The notes under the pieces: generated by a model
What the model was told of the DNA's origin: nothing
Seen by the model: the letters and a program-made list of their open reading frames with translations, nothing else
Databases searched by the model: none
Origin: Lingula anatina
Taxonomy: Eukaryota; Animalia; Brachiopoda
NCBI GenBank assembly: GCA_051362555.1
Contig: CM120640.1
Location: forward strand, 18,042,001-18,106,000
Direction of reading: 5' to 3'
Length of the DNA stretch: 64,000 bases
Made by a program: the position numbers and the translations under genes
Part shown: positions 25,901 to 38,937 of the stretch, piece by piece
Position numbering within the stretch: the first letter of the stretch is position 1
Layout: the number at the start of each line of letters is the position of its first letter

Positions 25901-28900
25901 TTATTGATAAGATTTCAATAATTGTTTGTTAAATACATTCGCATATTTGTTCCAGGGTGCCCAGATCTTTGAAGCAGTGGGTCTGCATGAGGAGGTTATC
26001 AAGAAATGCTTCGAGGGTACTGCCTCCAGGATAGGGGGAGCCACCTTCAGGGTGTTGGCCCAAGAGGTTTGGTTGTTTTCATGTAGCAGAAGTTTGTTCT
26101 ACATTAATATAAAAACAATACTTAATGAGATGATATTACATCACTGACATCTTGCACAACTGTACAAGTAAAATATTCATTTGTTGTCACCTGATGATTT
26201 TGATCTCATGCTCTAGGTACTGAACAGACATGCATATGCCTACAGCAGGAAGGAAGGCGATAATTTCATCATCACCAACCCAGGTTTTTATCACTGGAGA
26301 CAGGGAGGAGAAAAACATATGAATGATCCCACCACCATTGCTAACCTACAGGTAGGCAATCGAATCAGTTTAGTTTGATGATTGTTGTTCAAAACTTTTT
26401 GTTTGAATAATGTCATATTGTTAGTTACTATAGTTATGTTTTTTTTTCAACCACATGTTAATATGCAACTATATATATATTTTTTAGAAGTACAAAACAG
26501 AGCTATTAAATTTATGATCAAGACAAAAACACTTGCCACCTAGCACTATTTGGATAACAGTAAATGGTATTTTTGTGGTGTCTATGATTAATTAGGAAAT
26601 TTGACCACATTTTACTTGAATAGGATATCAACATTTTCTCTGTGAAAATTACAGGATGCAGCTCGTAACAATAACAAGTCTGCCTACAGCAAGTTTGTAG
26701 AGTCGGCCACTGAGTCCACCAGGTGGTGCACCCTGAGAGGCCAGTTGGACATGAGAGTGTCCAAGCAGCAGGTGGACATCAGCGAGGTGGAGCCAGCGGC
26801 CAATATTGTCAAGAGATTTGTCACAGGTAGGCATTATATCTATTAAACTGTCTTCAACAATATCACTGCACTCAAGTGTATTTATGTGACTATATTTTTA
26901 TGTTAATGTCAATAATAAATTAATTTTGAAAGGCTGGTTCATATGTATTGATGATTTGGAGTGATGTAGATATTCCTAGTGCTCTGAATTTTGTCTCCCT
27001 AAGATAATACTCACCAATCTGTTAAATGACATGAATAACCCCACATTATCTAGATAATTTTATTTTATGTAGTAAATAATGCACTGTCCATGAGCCCGAT
27101 ATCACGAGGGCTCGCGCTGGCACTGCTGGCGCTCGGCTTGCTATCGTGTATATTGGGCGAGAGGGTAACAGTGCATTATTTGTCATACATACAATGGGAA
27201 ATCGTGCGTGTTCCCCACCCAAACCCCCTAACTTTGAATAGAACACGCTGATATCACCGCACATGGGATGATATCAAAGAATGGACTTTCCCCACGTTTA
27301 CTGCCTAATTGCGGTCACCGTCCAATCATTTTCATTTGCGTGAATGGTTTGTGGTTGCGTGTGTATTGACAGGGACATGGGTCAGTGGTTTTCTGTGAGT
27401 AGTTGGCTGATTTCCTGCCCATCTTTCGCATGTGGCAGTCACTCCGTCTCATTCATTGTATCGGTCCCTGCAATCCTTTAGTTTTGATATCAGCCCAGTG
27501 GTATGTATTGGGAAAAATCACCCATCCTTTATTCCAGGTGCCATGAGTTTTGGTAGTATCTCTCTGGAGGCCCACAGCACGCTTGCTATTGCCATGAACC
27601 GTCTTGGTGGCAAATCCAACACAGGAGAGGGAGGGGAGAGCCCTGAGAGATACCTCAATGAGGACCCCCAAAATAATACCAGATCAGCCATCAAACAGGT
27701 AGACTAGTCTGTTTTGTTTTACTGCTCTATGTCAGGTATGATATGAATTTTTTTGTGAATGGTTTTGTGTGATTGCTTATTGATTTCATTTTTATTTAAG
27801 AAGTGATCTTTGAAGTTTAAACACTCTTGCTTGGAGTGATTGTAGAACTTGCGTGCTTTCAACATCTGCTTTTCTTGCCATAAAAATCACAAATCACAAG
27901 TATATTTGTAAGGCAGGGTTTGAGTAACAATTTAAGAAACTTTATGGAAACATAATGCTGGGATAGATTTCTTAAGATGTATTTTGTTTAAATAATGTTG
28001 GATGTTGTACAACATTTTCATTTGATTTGATTTAATTTTATTTCATTTCAAACCATCCACAAAATGGCATAACGCCAAAACTAGCCATGCAACACTGTCT
28101 TTATAACATAGAGGATCATATAGATGATTAAACATTAATGAACTTGAGCTTTATTAAGATACTTTTCTCATTTAAAAAAAATTGATTTATTTCTGTGCAT
28201 TTTGAAATGAATGGCTTATCAAATCTGTAAAGTAAAAATAATATATTTTCGAAATTACTGTCACTGATTATGAGTCAAACACGAACTCCTGAAGAATATG
28301 AGTAAAGTCAACCAACAAACCTTTGAACAGTATATTTCAGAGAAAGAATATAATCCATCAGTTATTTGCTGCTAGCACCATGTCTTTTTTCAACTGTACA
28401 GAAATAGAAATCAAAATAAGTCAGTAGCAATAGCAATTTTACCAAGTGCAAAATGACTTGTCACTTTTTTAAATGAAAATACTAATTTTTTGAGGTCGAT
28501 TGTTGTTGTTTGTTGGACCATGCTTTGTCTTGACCTCTATCTGATCGTCAGGTGGAAGGAAAGTACAGAAACAGAAGGGCAACGTGCAGGCACAGACAGG
28601 GGACAATCGCTCTCTCTCTTGCTGCCTAGGTGGGAGTGAGTTGAGTGGAAGCTCACCACTTCAAAACACACGCAGACAACATAGTTAAGCAAGCACCTAG
28701 TCACCCTGCATGAGACTCCTTAAATTTTACAGAGTACTGTGATTCTAGAATGGTTTATTCAGTACCCTATTAAGTTAGGCCCTTTTTACATCAAGCTGTA
28801 TACTTTATACTTTAGTACACTTTGATAGGTCCCAACATGAAATTATGCTGCGGGGGAGGGCTTCCTTCTGCAAGATCACATCCTACTGTTTGGACAGGGG

Positions 28901-31900
28901 TTGATTGGCTGTCTGTCAAAAAGAGGGGCTCTGTTTAGGTGACTCTTAAACCTATAATAGACAGGCTATTAAGTTGTCAATCCCTCAGAGTGTACTGGCA
29001 AAGCTGTATTGCTGAAGTAACTGTAAAGCTCTGTGAAAAGGGCCTTAGAGTCTTAAGTGTCTTATAAGCTGCCCCCTGAATATACTAATGATAATCATAA
29101 AATGAAAGTACTGTAGTTGTGCAAAATTAAAAAAAAATAATCTAGATGTCAATCTGATTCACTTAATTTATTTTTATTTTAAATTAAGTAAGGAGTCTTA
29201 AAATTATTTAACCCAATATGTCTTGTTGACTGAGTTTATTTTGTTTTCTTAACAGGTTGCTTCTGGACGATTTGGAGTTACCAGTTCTTACTTGGCACAT
29301 GCTGATGAACTGCAGATCAAGATGGCCCAAGGAGCCAAGCCTGGAGAGGGTGGAGAACTGCCTGGATACAAGGTATTTATAAGATATCTGCTGGCTAAGG
29401 AAAAAGATTGCACTAGTTTTATGCTTTAACATGGACATTTTTTCACCAAATTCTTACTGAAAGAAACCCTTAAAGCTTTTTGAATTTGGTTAACATAGAT
29501 TTAAATTCGGAATAAATACAACTGATATGCAATTACTGATTAAAATTCTATTTTGCTTATTGGTATTTTTTGTACATTTATCATAGTTACATAATAGCGC
29601 TGGCTTTAAAGATATTTTAGACAAAGAAAGCTTCCATCTCTTCACTCATGATTCTTGGCATGTATACATTTACTTAATATGCTCATGTGTAGGTGTCCAA
29701 AGAAATAGCAAAGACGCGTCACTCTATCCCAGGAGTGGGTTTGATCAGTCCACCTCCACACCATGACATCTACTCCATTGAAGACTTGGCTGAGGTAAGA
29801 ATTTTCTTTTGCATTTACTTTATAAGTTGAAGATTTTTTTGTAATAATGATATTCCAAATGGTATTTATATATAATTATATATGATTAATCCTTTTAGAC
29901 ACGTGTTGACCTGTTTTGTTTTTTTTTACACCGATTCCATTCTTGTTGCATCAACAGAATTTTGATTTAAAAATTTTGTTTCCATTTCAGCTGATCTATG
30001 ACCTGAAGTGTGCGAGCCCTGCAGCTAGAATCAGTGTGAAGCTGGTGTCAGAGATGGGTGTGGGTGTTGTGGCAGCCGGCGTGGCCAAGGTATAGTCACA
30101 ATCATGTGGAGTGTGACTAAGTAAGATTTAATAGGAAAAAATGGGTGTAAAAAACCAATAGGATGTACAGTTTATGCTTGTATCTCAACTGCCATTTTTT
30201 AATTCTGAAATAATGGTGCTATTTTAAAAGGATTTGATGAAGTAACACTTTTTATTCTGCATTATTTAAATCAATTTGTTTTAATCAATTTTTCCGTTTG
30301 TTTTAATAACCTTTTATTCTATATATTCCTATTGTAGATTAAAGTTGGATTTTAAACTTTTAAAAATGGTATTTTTATTATTTAGATTGTCTTTTTGTAT
30401 ATGAATGCATTGATTCTTATAAGATACAATCCTCTCATTGAAGTGTGTTAATTTCCTTCAATTCTCAATTTAGGGCAAAGCTGAACACATCACCATATCA
30501 GGCCATGATGGAGGCACTGGTGCCAGTAGCTGGACAGGGATCAAGAATGCTGGGTTGCCATGGGAACTGGGCATAGCAGAGACACATCAGGTTCTGGTGT
30601 TGAATGACCTGAGGTCAAGAGTGGTGTTGCAGGCTGATGGTCAGATGAGAACTGGTATGGACTTTCATCTGACTGTGCTCTGATTTGATTAAAATGGCCA
30701 GTTTCATTTTGCTGAAAATGTTGATTCATTGCTTACACAATATTTTTCATAATAAGACATATGGAGCAAAATAAATCTGCTTGAGAAAACTTCATAAAAC
30801 AAAGCTGTGAGATATTTTTTTGGAGGGGGGGGGGGGTCTGGTAAATAAATTTTCCCCTTTTCATTCCTAGATTTAACAAGCCTTGACAATTAGGTCCATA
30901 CATTATGATTTAACATCATCCAATTTTAATATTTTTCTTTGTTCAGGTCGTGATGTCATGATAGCCTGCCTGCTTGGAGCGGATGAGATCGGGTTCTCCA
31001 CTGCCCCTCTCATTGTGATGGGGTGCACCATGATGAGAAAGTGTCACCTGAACACCTGTCCAGTGGGGGTGGCCACACAGGACCCTGTCCTCAGGAAGAA
31101 GTTTGAAGGAATGCCAGAACATGTTGTCAACTATTTCTTCATGTTAGCTGAAGAGGTGGGCCATGAATTCAAATTTTGATGCTCTTAGATTTTTTTTCCA
31201 AATTAAAATTGTCCTCTGAGAACTGGTCAGAAGAAATTTATTGAGATTTAATGCTGATTGAAAGCACTTTGTAAATAACATCTTAGAAATATTAGATTTG
31301 AGAGGTACTGTTTATCTCTTAAGGGTGCCAGTGATAATAATGTGGGAACTGTGTTGAATGTGAAAATTACTAAACTATTAACATATATGTGTAGGTGAGA
31401 GGTCACCTAGCTAAAATGGGCTTCCGTTCCTACCAAGAAGCCGTGGGTCGATCTGACTTCCTGAGAATGACTGCCAATCCAGTAAACGCCAAAGCCAAAC
31501 TGCTAGATTTAGGGCCCATCTTGCACAGTGCTGCTGAGATGAAGCCTGGTGTCAATATTGTAGGGGGCAGTGTTGCTCAGGACTTCAAACTGGCAAACAG
31601 ACTGGTATGTGTATAACTTCACACTTTTTATGTATAAATTGATGTGAGAAATTAAAATACATTACAGTTTGTATAAGATGTTAATTGAATGTTAACCTGG
31701 TGGCTTTTGTCTTGTGATTTAAATGAAATAGGTTTATCATTCAATTTGAGTTCATTTTAATTCTCTGTGTATTCAGGATAACCAGCTGATTAAGGCAGCT
31801 ATGGATGTGCTGGAGGGAAAGAGCTCCCAGTGTAACATTGACATGACGGTCTGCAATGAGGACAGAACTTTTGGAGCTACTCTCAGCTACGAGGTGTCAA

Positions 31901-34900
31901 AGTAAGGTTTTTTCCCTTTTAATATCAAAAATGACTAAAAGTTAAAAATTACAAATAGTAAAAAAAAAAAAAAAAAAAATGAGAGAGAGAGAGAAGCTTT
32001 TGCTTTCTTACAATTTCCATTCATGAATCTTGGTGGTGACAAGTAGTATTTATGAATTAATATACAAAAAGGTTACATTATTCTAATGACAGTTCGTGAG
32101 AAATTTGCAAATATGATGTATTGAAAAATATGAAATCTGATTCTTGAGCATTGAAATACATTTTATAGGAGATTTGTCGAGGCTGGTCTGCCTGATGGAA
32201 GTATTAACATCAATCTCAAAGGATCTGGAGGCCAAAGTTTCTGTGCTTTCCTAGCCAAGGGGATCCATGTGACACTTGAGGGAGATTCCAATGATTATGT
32301 GGGCAAGGTGAACTGATACAGCAAATAAAGTCACAGCAGCACTTTGATTATCACATGAAACACCACATTTTAACACTTTTTTCAAGTATTAAGACACTTT
32401 ACTCTAAAAAATTCATTTCTGATCTTCAAGAATGTTTTCAATTTTGCTGTTGTTCTGAAATTGCTTCCAACATTATTTCTTGCTTTAAAATTTGAACTGC
32501 CCAAGGTGGTTTTGATTCAAAATGATTCTTTTATTATACTGATGATTTTTCAGTAATACCTTCTTTTTTTTAGGGATTGTCTGGAGGAGAAGTTGTCATC
32601 TACCCACCCAAGGACATGCCTCCTGGTTTCAAGTCCATTAAGAATATCATAGTGGGCAATGTGTGTCTGTATGGAGCCACCTCTGGCAAGGCTTTGTTCC
32701 GAGGCCAGGCTGCTGAGAGGTTCTGTGTCAGGAACTCTGGTGCTACTGCTGTTGTGGAGGTATGGCAGTGTGTCAGATGCAACAGAAAAGTGTATACTTA
32801 GAATTTAGAATGAATGGAGACAAATGACTGGTCCAGAATATTTTTTTAAACAAGCAATAGCTCTTAGTGCTGAGTTTCTGTAGTTAAATGAATGCTTCGA
32901 AGCACTGTCTCAGTTAAATTATGTACCTTGCCTTTATTGACATTGTGAAAGTATAGAGGATGATAATATTCAAAAATCAGTCAGATTCTCCAAACACTGT
33001 ATTCCAATAATTAAAAAAAAATTTTAAAGGATTATTAGACTAGAACGTCTGTTATCATCATTTCTAGGGTTGTGGTGACCATGGCTGTGAGTACATGACT
33101 GGTGGCCGTGTGATCATCCTTGGCCTGACTGGACGCAACTTTGCTGCTGGCATGTCTGGGGGGTTTGCCTATGTCTTGGACAGGTAGGTGCAACTAACAC
33201 TCTAGAGCAGCACAGTGCTACACCTGAAAGTACCAGAAGATCTGCTTGCTTTTAGATAATTTGAAGCAATTTTGAAGAATTAGTATTTGTATGGCGACAC
33301 CTTGAATGTTGGATATTATCGAGTTTGATGCTAAAAAGGCTGTTCAGTCTACATCCATATTTAACGAAAGTCAGTAACTTTTCAGAGAGAAAGTCTTTCA
33401 TGGCAAGTGTAACATGGAGACCATTGATCTGGAGTCTCTTGGAGACGAGGATGTGCCGTTTGTGAAGGGTTTGCTGGAAGAATTCCACACCAAGACAGGG
33501 TCAGAGATTGCTAAGGATGTTCTTGACAATTGGGAACAGGCCATGGATGATTTTGTCAAGGTGTGGTTTCGTATAGAAAATGGGATGCTAATTATAGATC
33601 ACTTTAATTACTCAATTTTTCACAGTTTTTTCTTAAACATGACCATGGATACATATAGGTGGTTCAGATCATGAATTTTTAGGTTGTCTTGCCTGAAAGT
33701 GTGTAAATCAAGACAGGTTATATAAAACAGTAATGACTTTTTATTTCAATAAACTATACACTTGTGTCCCTTTCCAAAACCTAGGTGTTCCCTAAAGAGT
33801 ATCGCAGAGCATTACTGGACATTGCTAAGGAGAAAGCCCAGGCCAAAGAAGACTTGGAGTTTATGGAGAAAATGAGGGCAGAGAGAATTGAGAATGACTA
33901 TAAAGAAGACATAGTCAATGTTAGCGATGTTGCTAATAAAACTATGAAAAAAAAGAGGGAGCTAATGGTCAGAGTAAGGGGACATTTAGAATAGAAGATC
34001 CTAGTATCAACTGGTCCAAGGCTTGAATACGGCAGACCCTACATGATAGGAAGACCACTTAATCCTGTAATGGTCTCTCCGCCTCTCACACTCCTCCCCA
34101 CGCATCTGGTCGAATGAAGTAGAGATTAAATTTCTGTGCCCCTGCAGGAACCCTGCGTGGGAAGGTGTGTGAGAGGCGGAGAGACCATTACAGGATTAAG
34201 TGGTCTTCCTTTCATTTAAGCCATGGACCAGTTAGCACTGGGATCTTCTTATTTTGAACGGCCCCTCATTCTGAATGCCCCTGAGTGATCATAATACTTC
34301 TTCTGTAATAAAGGGGAAAAGTATGTCAAGTATGTTACTGTTGCTGGCAGATATAAAAAAGTATTACATTAATAGTCAGTGTGACCCCAGTAACTTGACT
34401 ACTTTGTTGCTCGATTTTATTTACATTAAGTTGTTTTCCAGTCTAAAAGTTTGGAGAGACTGTTGGAGGTCCACCATGAAAAGACAGTGAAGGACATTGA
34501 AGAGATTGTGGCAGACACAACTGCTGAGAAGAAATTAGAAAAGGCTCTTGACAAGACCAGGTATTGTTTTATTTGCTTTTTTCTACTTCCCAGTTTACTT
34601 CAGTAATGGATAAAGATATTGTATTTTTTTCACAAGTTGGAGGATTATGCTTGTTTTTGCAAATTGAGGTGTTTCAGTTTAGTTCACATAGGTTAAGTAA
34701 TTCTTATAATTTTAATAATTATAATAATCTTTTTCTTTTAAAAATATTTCAAGACAGCATTAATAAATGAAAATATGTATGTTTCTAGAGGGTTTGTGAA
34801 GTATAAGCGTGCCACTTACCAGTACCGACAACCTGCAGAAAGAATGAAGGATTGGAATGAGATCTACAATCACAAACAAGTGCAGAATGGACTCAAAGAG

Positions 34901-37876
34901 CAGGCTGCAAGGTCAGTCTAAATATACCTCAATGTCACTGTGGGTGCTTTCATGTGTGTGAGCATAAATGCATGTGTGTGTGTTTAAGGAAGAGTGAAAT
35001 TATGTTGAGCTTAATCTGTAAGTATAGATCAATAAATACGATGTTTTCTGAACATGTTAATTTCATATTCTTTAACATCTTTTATCAGTTATATTGCCCT
35101 CTCTGTATCATGATACATTGTTATGACTCTAATTCTGTGCATGTTATATTTGCCAGGTGTATGGAGTGTGGTGTCCCATTCTGTCAATCGAGCAATGGCT
35201 GCCCACTAGGAAATATAATTCCAAAGTGGAATGATCTCGTCTTCAAGGTAAGGAGGCCATCTGAAATAAAACTGTTGAAAGGACTATCAGTCTAAAAGAT
35301 TGCAAAAAGTGTTTTATAATTCTTTCCATTCTTTTGTTGGAAATATTCTTTCAAATGTTATTAATCTTTTTTTATTTTAATGCTTAAATTTTGATTCCTT
35401 TAGGGTTTCTGGAAAGAAGCACTGGACCAGTTGCTCCAAACCAACAACTTCCCAGAGTTCACTGGTAGATGCTGCCCAGCACCTTGTGAGGTAGACATGG
35501 CAACCTGTTAACAGATCTGAAAGTGAAATTAAATTTGGACTTTTGGAAAGGAAAAAAATTGGAATTTTTCTGTTGATATAAGAAGACATTCTTTATTAAA
35601 TGTACCATATTTTATGTAGGGTTAAACAGCAAGTTTCCTCTATTACCATCAATCAGTATACCTTAATTTTTAATTGATTTGCAATAAGCCCAATATAGTT
35701 GGAGTAATTGACATATCTTCCTTTAATACAATATGTACAATTTTATACTTAACTCTACTGCACCTGTAATAAGTACCATTTATATAAGCAATGCTATCTT
35801 CTCAGGGTGCATGTGTTTTGGGCATTAATTCCCCTGCAGTCACCATTAAGAACATAGAGTGTGCCATCATAGACCATGCCTTTGATCAGGGCTGGATGGT
35901 TGCCCACCCACCATCTGAGAGGACAGGAAAGACTGTAGCTGTTGTGGGAAGTGGACCATCTGGACTTGCCTGTGCTCACCAGTTGAATAAGGTATATATG
36001 TAGTCCCACTCAGAAACCACAAGACCATAGCACATGCATAACCAAGTCCTTTATTTTCAAGAATCGTTTTGTGTATAGGCATATGTTGCTTGACTCATTG
36101 GTTATTGATTGTTACTGATATGAAGAAAAATATTATATGTTTTGTGTATGTCTCTCCTAGGCTGGCCATACAGTGACTGTTTACGAGAGAAATGACAGAG
36201 TTGGAGGGCTGCTACAATATGGTATACCTACCATGAAACTAGGCAAAGATGTGAGTTCATTTATAATTGATTTCTCAAGAAAAAATTTGAAAAATTCATT
36301 CATATTCTGACAGAAAATCAAGTAGTTCTGATCTGAAATTTGTGCCTGAAATGAATAGGCTTATATTGTTTTAACCCAGGTTGTTCAACGCCGCGTGGAA
36401 CTGTTGAAAGGGGAAGGCATTACATTCAAGACCAATGTTGAGATAGGAAAGACACTATCTGCTCAGCAATTAGTGGATGGCCATGATGCAACTGTGCTGT
36501 GCTGTGGAGCCACCTGGCCCAGGGACCTGCCTATACCAGGTCAGAGTCTAGATAATATACTTATATTTTATAAGAAATGACTGAGTGGCATGTATTAGAT
36601 ACACCACAAGTCAGCAAGATATATATGTTGAATGCTTATATTTAGTAAATAGGTGGATGTCACAAACACTTTGCTAATGCACAAGGTGCAATGAATTTGT
36701 ACCTTGGTGGATGCCAAGAACTAATTTAAAGATAAACTCCTTGCATGCCTCTCTATTTGTTTGTGAAATACACTGCATCTTGATCTTTTTTCAAAACACC
36801 CATCTGGCTATAACTATTAATACAGTGGCTCTCAGTTTGCTGCTGCGATTATGATTGAATAATTGTAGAGGTGTACCCATTAGATTAGTGGTAATTAATC
36901 TTCTTCAGGTCGTCAGTTGGATGGCATACACTTTGCAATGAGCTTCCTGGAGACTTGGCAGAAGAAACAGATGGGGAACAACCTGGATTACCTCAAGTAC
37001 TATGCCAAAGACCGAGACGTGCTGGTGATTGGAGGTGGAGACACTGGATGTGACTGCATTGCTACTTCCCTCAGACAGGTGGGTGTGATGTGACAATGTG
37101 TTAGTTGTGATAGTATGGGTGAGACAGGTGCATTGGTGATGTGATACATAATGACATTTTTGTAATCTCTCTGGAATAGGTGCATTCTTTGTGTTGTTTT
37201 GTCTTGTATGTAGGTGGCATTAGTTGACAAAATTGATGCTTCTATCTGTTTGATTGATGAAGTGTGGTAGATGTAATAATTTGTTTTTCACAGTGTTGTG
37301 GGGATTAGCTTACACATTGCTTTTTTAATAAGTCCAATTTGAGTTGTGAAAATAAAATTTTTTTTTTCAAAATTAAAGATTTTGCACAGAGTTGGTCTTT
37401 TTTCATATTTTGTATTTTGACTTCAAACTTCAGACATGAGCTTTATCCAAAAAACGTGGAATTACACATTTTTTAATTCAATTCTGATGGTTCCTGAGAT
37501 TCGTCAAGATCTGCAATAAAATCTGTTCAGAGGTTTTTTTAACCTAGGCTCATGTCTGAAACTTGTGTAAGTAAAACTGTTGAGAATCAACATAAATGGT
37601 GCTAAAAAAATAGAATAACAAAAACAAACTGCTTCAAGTTGAACTTTGTACCCCCAGGGGGCCAAGTCTATCACCACCTTTGAGATTCTCCCTCGCCCAC
37701 CACCCGACCGCAGCTCCGACAACCCCTGGCCAACATGGCCACGGATCTTTAGGGTTGACTATGGCCATGACGAATGCAAGGTCAAGTTTGGAAATGATCC
37801 ACGCATCTTCTGTGTTATGAGCAAGGTGAGTTTTTTCATTCATGTGATAAAAAATTTACATGCTGTAGTCAGTTGT

Positions 37877-37915
<39 letters not shown>

Positions 37916-38937
37916 TATCTTCTGCATAAATATAGTAAAATGTTTTAAGGTATACATAATTGTCAATAATTAATACAAAGAAGAAAATGTACACATTTGA
38001 ATGTTGAACATTTCTTAATGGTTATATATACTATTTGTCTATATTTATACATGTATGTATCATTTTTAGGAATTCCTTGGTGATGAAAATGGTCGTGTGT
38101 CTGGCATAAAGACTGTTCAGGTTGACTGGAAGAAAGATGAAAACGGAAGATGGAATTTAGTAGAAATTCCAAGTAAGAAAATTTATTGGTTATTTGTTGG
38201 GATTACAATTAATCTTCAGTTTATGGTGATCAAAGTGATGGAGGTCTTGTTTTTGCTATAAGGAACATATTGCATTTGAATTTGAAAGCTTGTTTTATAT
38301 TTTTGTGTAAATTTAAAATAGATTTCATCAAGCACTGGTACATTATTTTTATAATACTACTTTCCAGACTCTGAGAAGGTCTACAAGGCAGACTTAATCC
38401 TTCTTGCCATGGGATTCCTAGGACCAGAGAAAACCATCATAGATGAGCTGTCCTTGAACCAAGACCCTCGCTCCAATATTGAAACTCCCTCTGGCAAATA
38501 CAGAACTAGTGTGAAGAAGGTCTTTGCAGCTGGAGGTAGGATATTTGTTATTAAGGTCTTTCATTGCATGATAAAAATTGGAAATGATGTGTTCTAAAAA
38601 CACCAGCTTTCTTTTTGCTTACTAGATAATTAGATTAAACTTGTGCTCGAACGTTTAGAATATAAAATAGTTAGATATAAAAAATTAAGATATAAAATCC
38701 CTGCTACCAAGGGCTATTTATATAAATGTATTTGTCAGATTATTATCATTTTGTATGATATTGTATCATGATTTATGTTTTGTTTCAGATTGCCGACGTG
38801 GCCAATCATTGGTGGTCCATGCTATCAACGAAGGTCGCCAGGCAGCCCGTGAAGTTGACCTTGACCTGATGGCGAAGACCTCTCTGGCAGGACCTGGTGG
38901 GGTGGTGATAGCTAAAGGTGTCCCAACTATAGCCTAA
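7962..38937 (+). CDS. GLT1: NADH-dependent glutamate synthase (NADH-GOGAT; fused GltB+GltD-like polypeptide), 45 coding exons, about 2116-2118 aa
   Basis: Exons: 7962-8087, 9429-9559, 10094-10220, 11067-11147, 14390-14437, 14864-14959, 18507-18643, 18911-19115, 19364-19475, 20234-20388, 20663-20782, 23092-23315, 23821-23971, 24333-24467, 24745-24905, 25083-25175, 25479-25692, 25956-26066, 26217-26351, 26655-26826, 27538-27698, 29256-29372, 29693-29794, 29991-30089, 30474-30654, 30947-31155, 31395-31604, 31777-31901, 32169-32307, 32574-32759, 33068-33183, 33386-33560, 33785-33967 (or 33973), 34442-34560, 34789-34911, 35157-35247, 35404-35490, 35806-35991, 36161-36250, 36380-36539, 36909-37078, 37658-37825, 38070-38172, 38368-38535, 38789-38937. 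All introns are GT-AG with consistent phases; total 6351 nt. Motifs: ERDS-CGVGF (Ntn catalytic Cys), [78 protein letters not shown] (3Fe-4S), CMECGVPFC and [16 protein letters not shown] (4Fe-4S), [24 protein letters not shown]. Confidence 0.97.
8991..9227. mobile_element. PIF/Harbinger (Tourist-like) foldback MITE
   Basis: TIRs GGGCTCATTCCCAAT and ATTGGGAATAAGCCC (1 mismatch), flanked by TAA on both sides (8988-8990, 9228-9230). Inner inverted arms AGATCTGCATGCCTCCTC and GAGGAAGCATGTAGATCT. Confidence 0.8.
15720..18400. mobile_element. Putative degenerate DNA-transposon insertion (Kolobok/TTAA-like ends) in glutamate synthase intron 6
   Basis: About 2.7 kb, visibly richer in CpG than the surrounding intron. 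Begins TTAAAGG and ends TATCCCTTTCA, with subterminal CACGTG motifs near 15909 and 18023. The ends do not form a clean TIR pair and there is no transposase ORF. Confidence 0.35.
19574..20042. mobile_element. Non-autonomous TIR DNA transposon (hAT-like CAGGG ends) with 6-bp TSD
   Basis: Perfect 14-bp TIRs CAGGGCGTCAAGTT (19574-19587) and AACTTGACGCCCTG (20029-20042). Direct repeat CATTAT at 19568-19573 and 20043-20048. Many TCCTAT(T/A) subterminal repeats. Confidence 0.88.
20863..20943 (+). repeat. GC-rich 9-bp tandem repeat (GCCGGCTCC)n, about 9 copies, inside the HINE
   Basis: Read directly; it produces the spurious EPA repeats of ORF 20843-21079. Confidence 0.9.
21630..22540 (+). repeat. 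Satellite-like tandem array, about 146-bp unit, 6-7 copies
   Basis: The anchor ATCTCCAAAACTGGCAGAGATAGGTC or a close variant starts at 21652, 21798, 21944, 22090 and 22235, with degenerate copies near 22375 and 22511. The complete units carry TTGACCTTTGACCT. Confidence 0.92.
27074..27181. repeat. Imperfect 108-bp palindrome/hairpin, probably the core of a small mobile element
   Basis: AAATAATGCACTGT (27074-27087) is the exact reverse complement of ACAGTGCATTATTT (27168-27181). Inner arms GCCCGATATCACGA and TCGTGTATATTGGGC; CpG-rich. Confidence 0.7.
28778..29044. mobile_element. PIF/Harbinger-like MITE
   Basis: TIRs GGCCCTTTTTACA and TGTGAAAAGGGCC (1 mismatch), flanked by TTA at 28775-28777 and 29045-29047. 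Confidence 0.72.
33978..34265. mobile_element. Foldback MITE (PIF/Harbinger-like) in the GltB/GltD linker intron
   Basis: Perfect 44-bp inverted arms at 34048-34091 and 34167-34210. Imperfect outer arms extend to GGGGACATTTAGAATAGAAGATCC and GGATCTTCTTATTTTGAACGGCCCC. Flanks are TAA and TCA (degenerate TWA TSD). Confidence 0.85.
37876..37915 (+). repeat. (TTTA)n microsatellite
   Basis: Read directly. Confidence 0.9.

Noticed and set aside
30555-30568. RFX X-box-like GTTGCCATGGGAAC
   Set aside because: Falls inside a conserved coding exon (GLPWEL) and is explained by codon constraint.
37425-37564. Inverted repeat TTCAGACATGAGC / GCTCATGTCTGAA
   Set aside because: Probably a decayed TE remnant; no definable ends or TSD.
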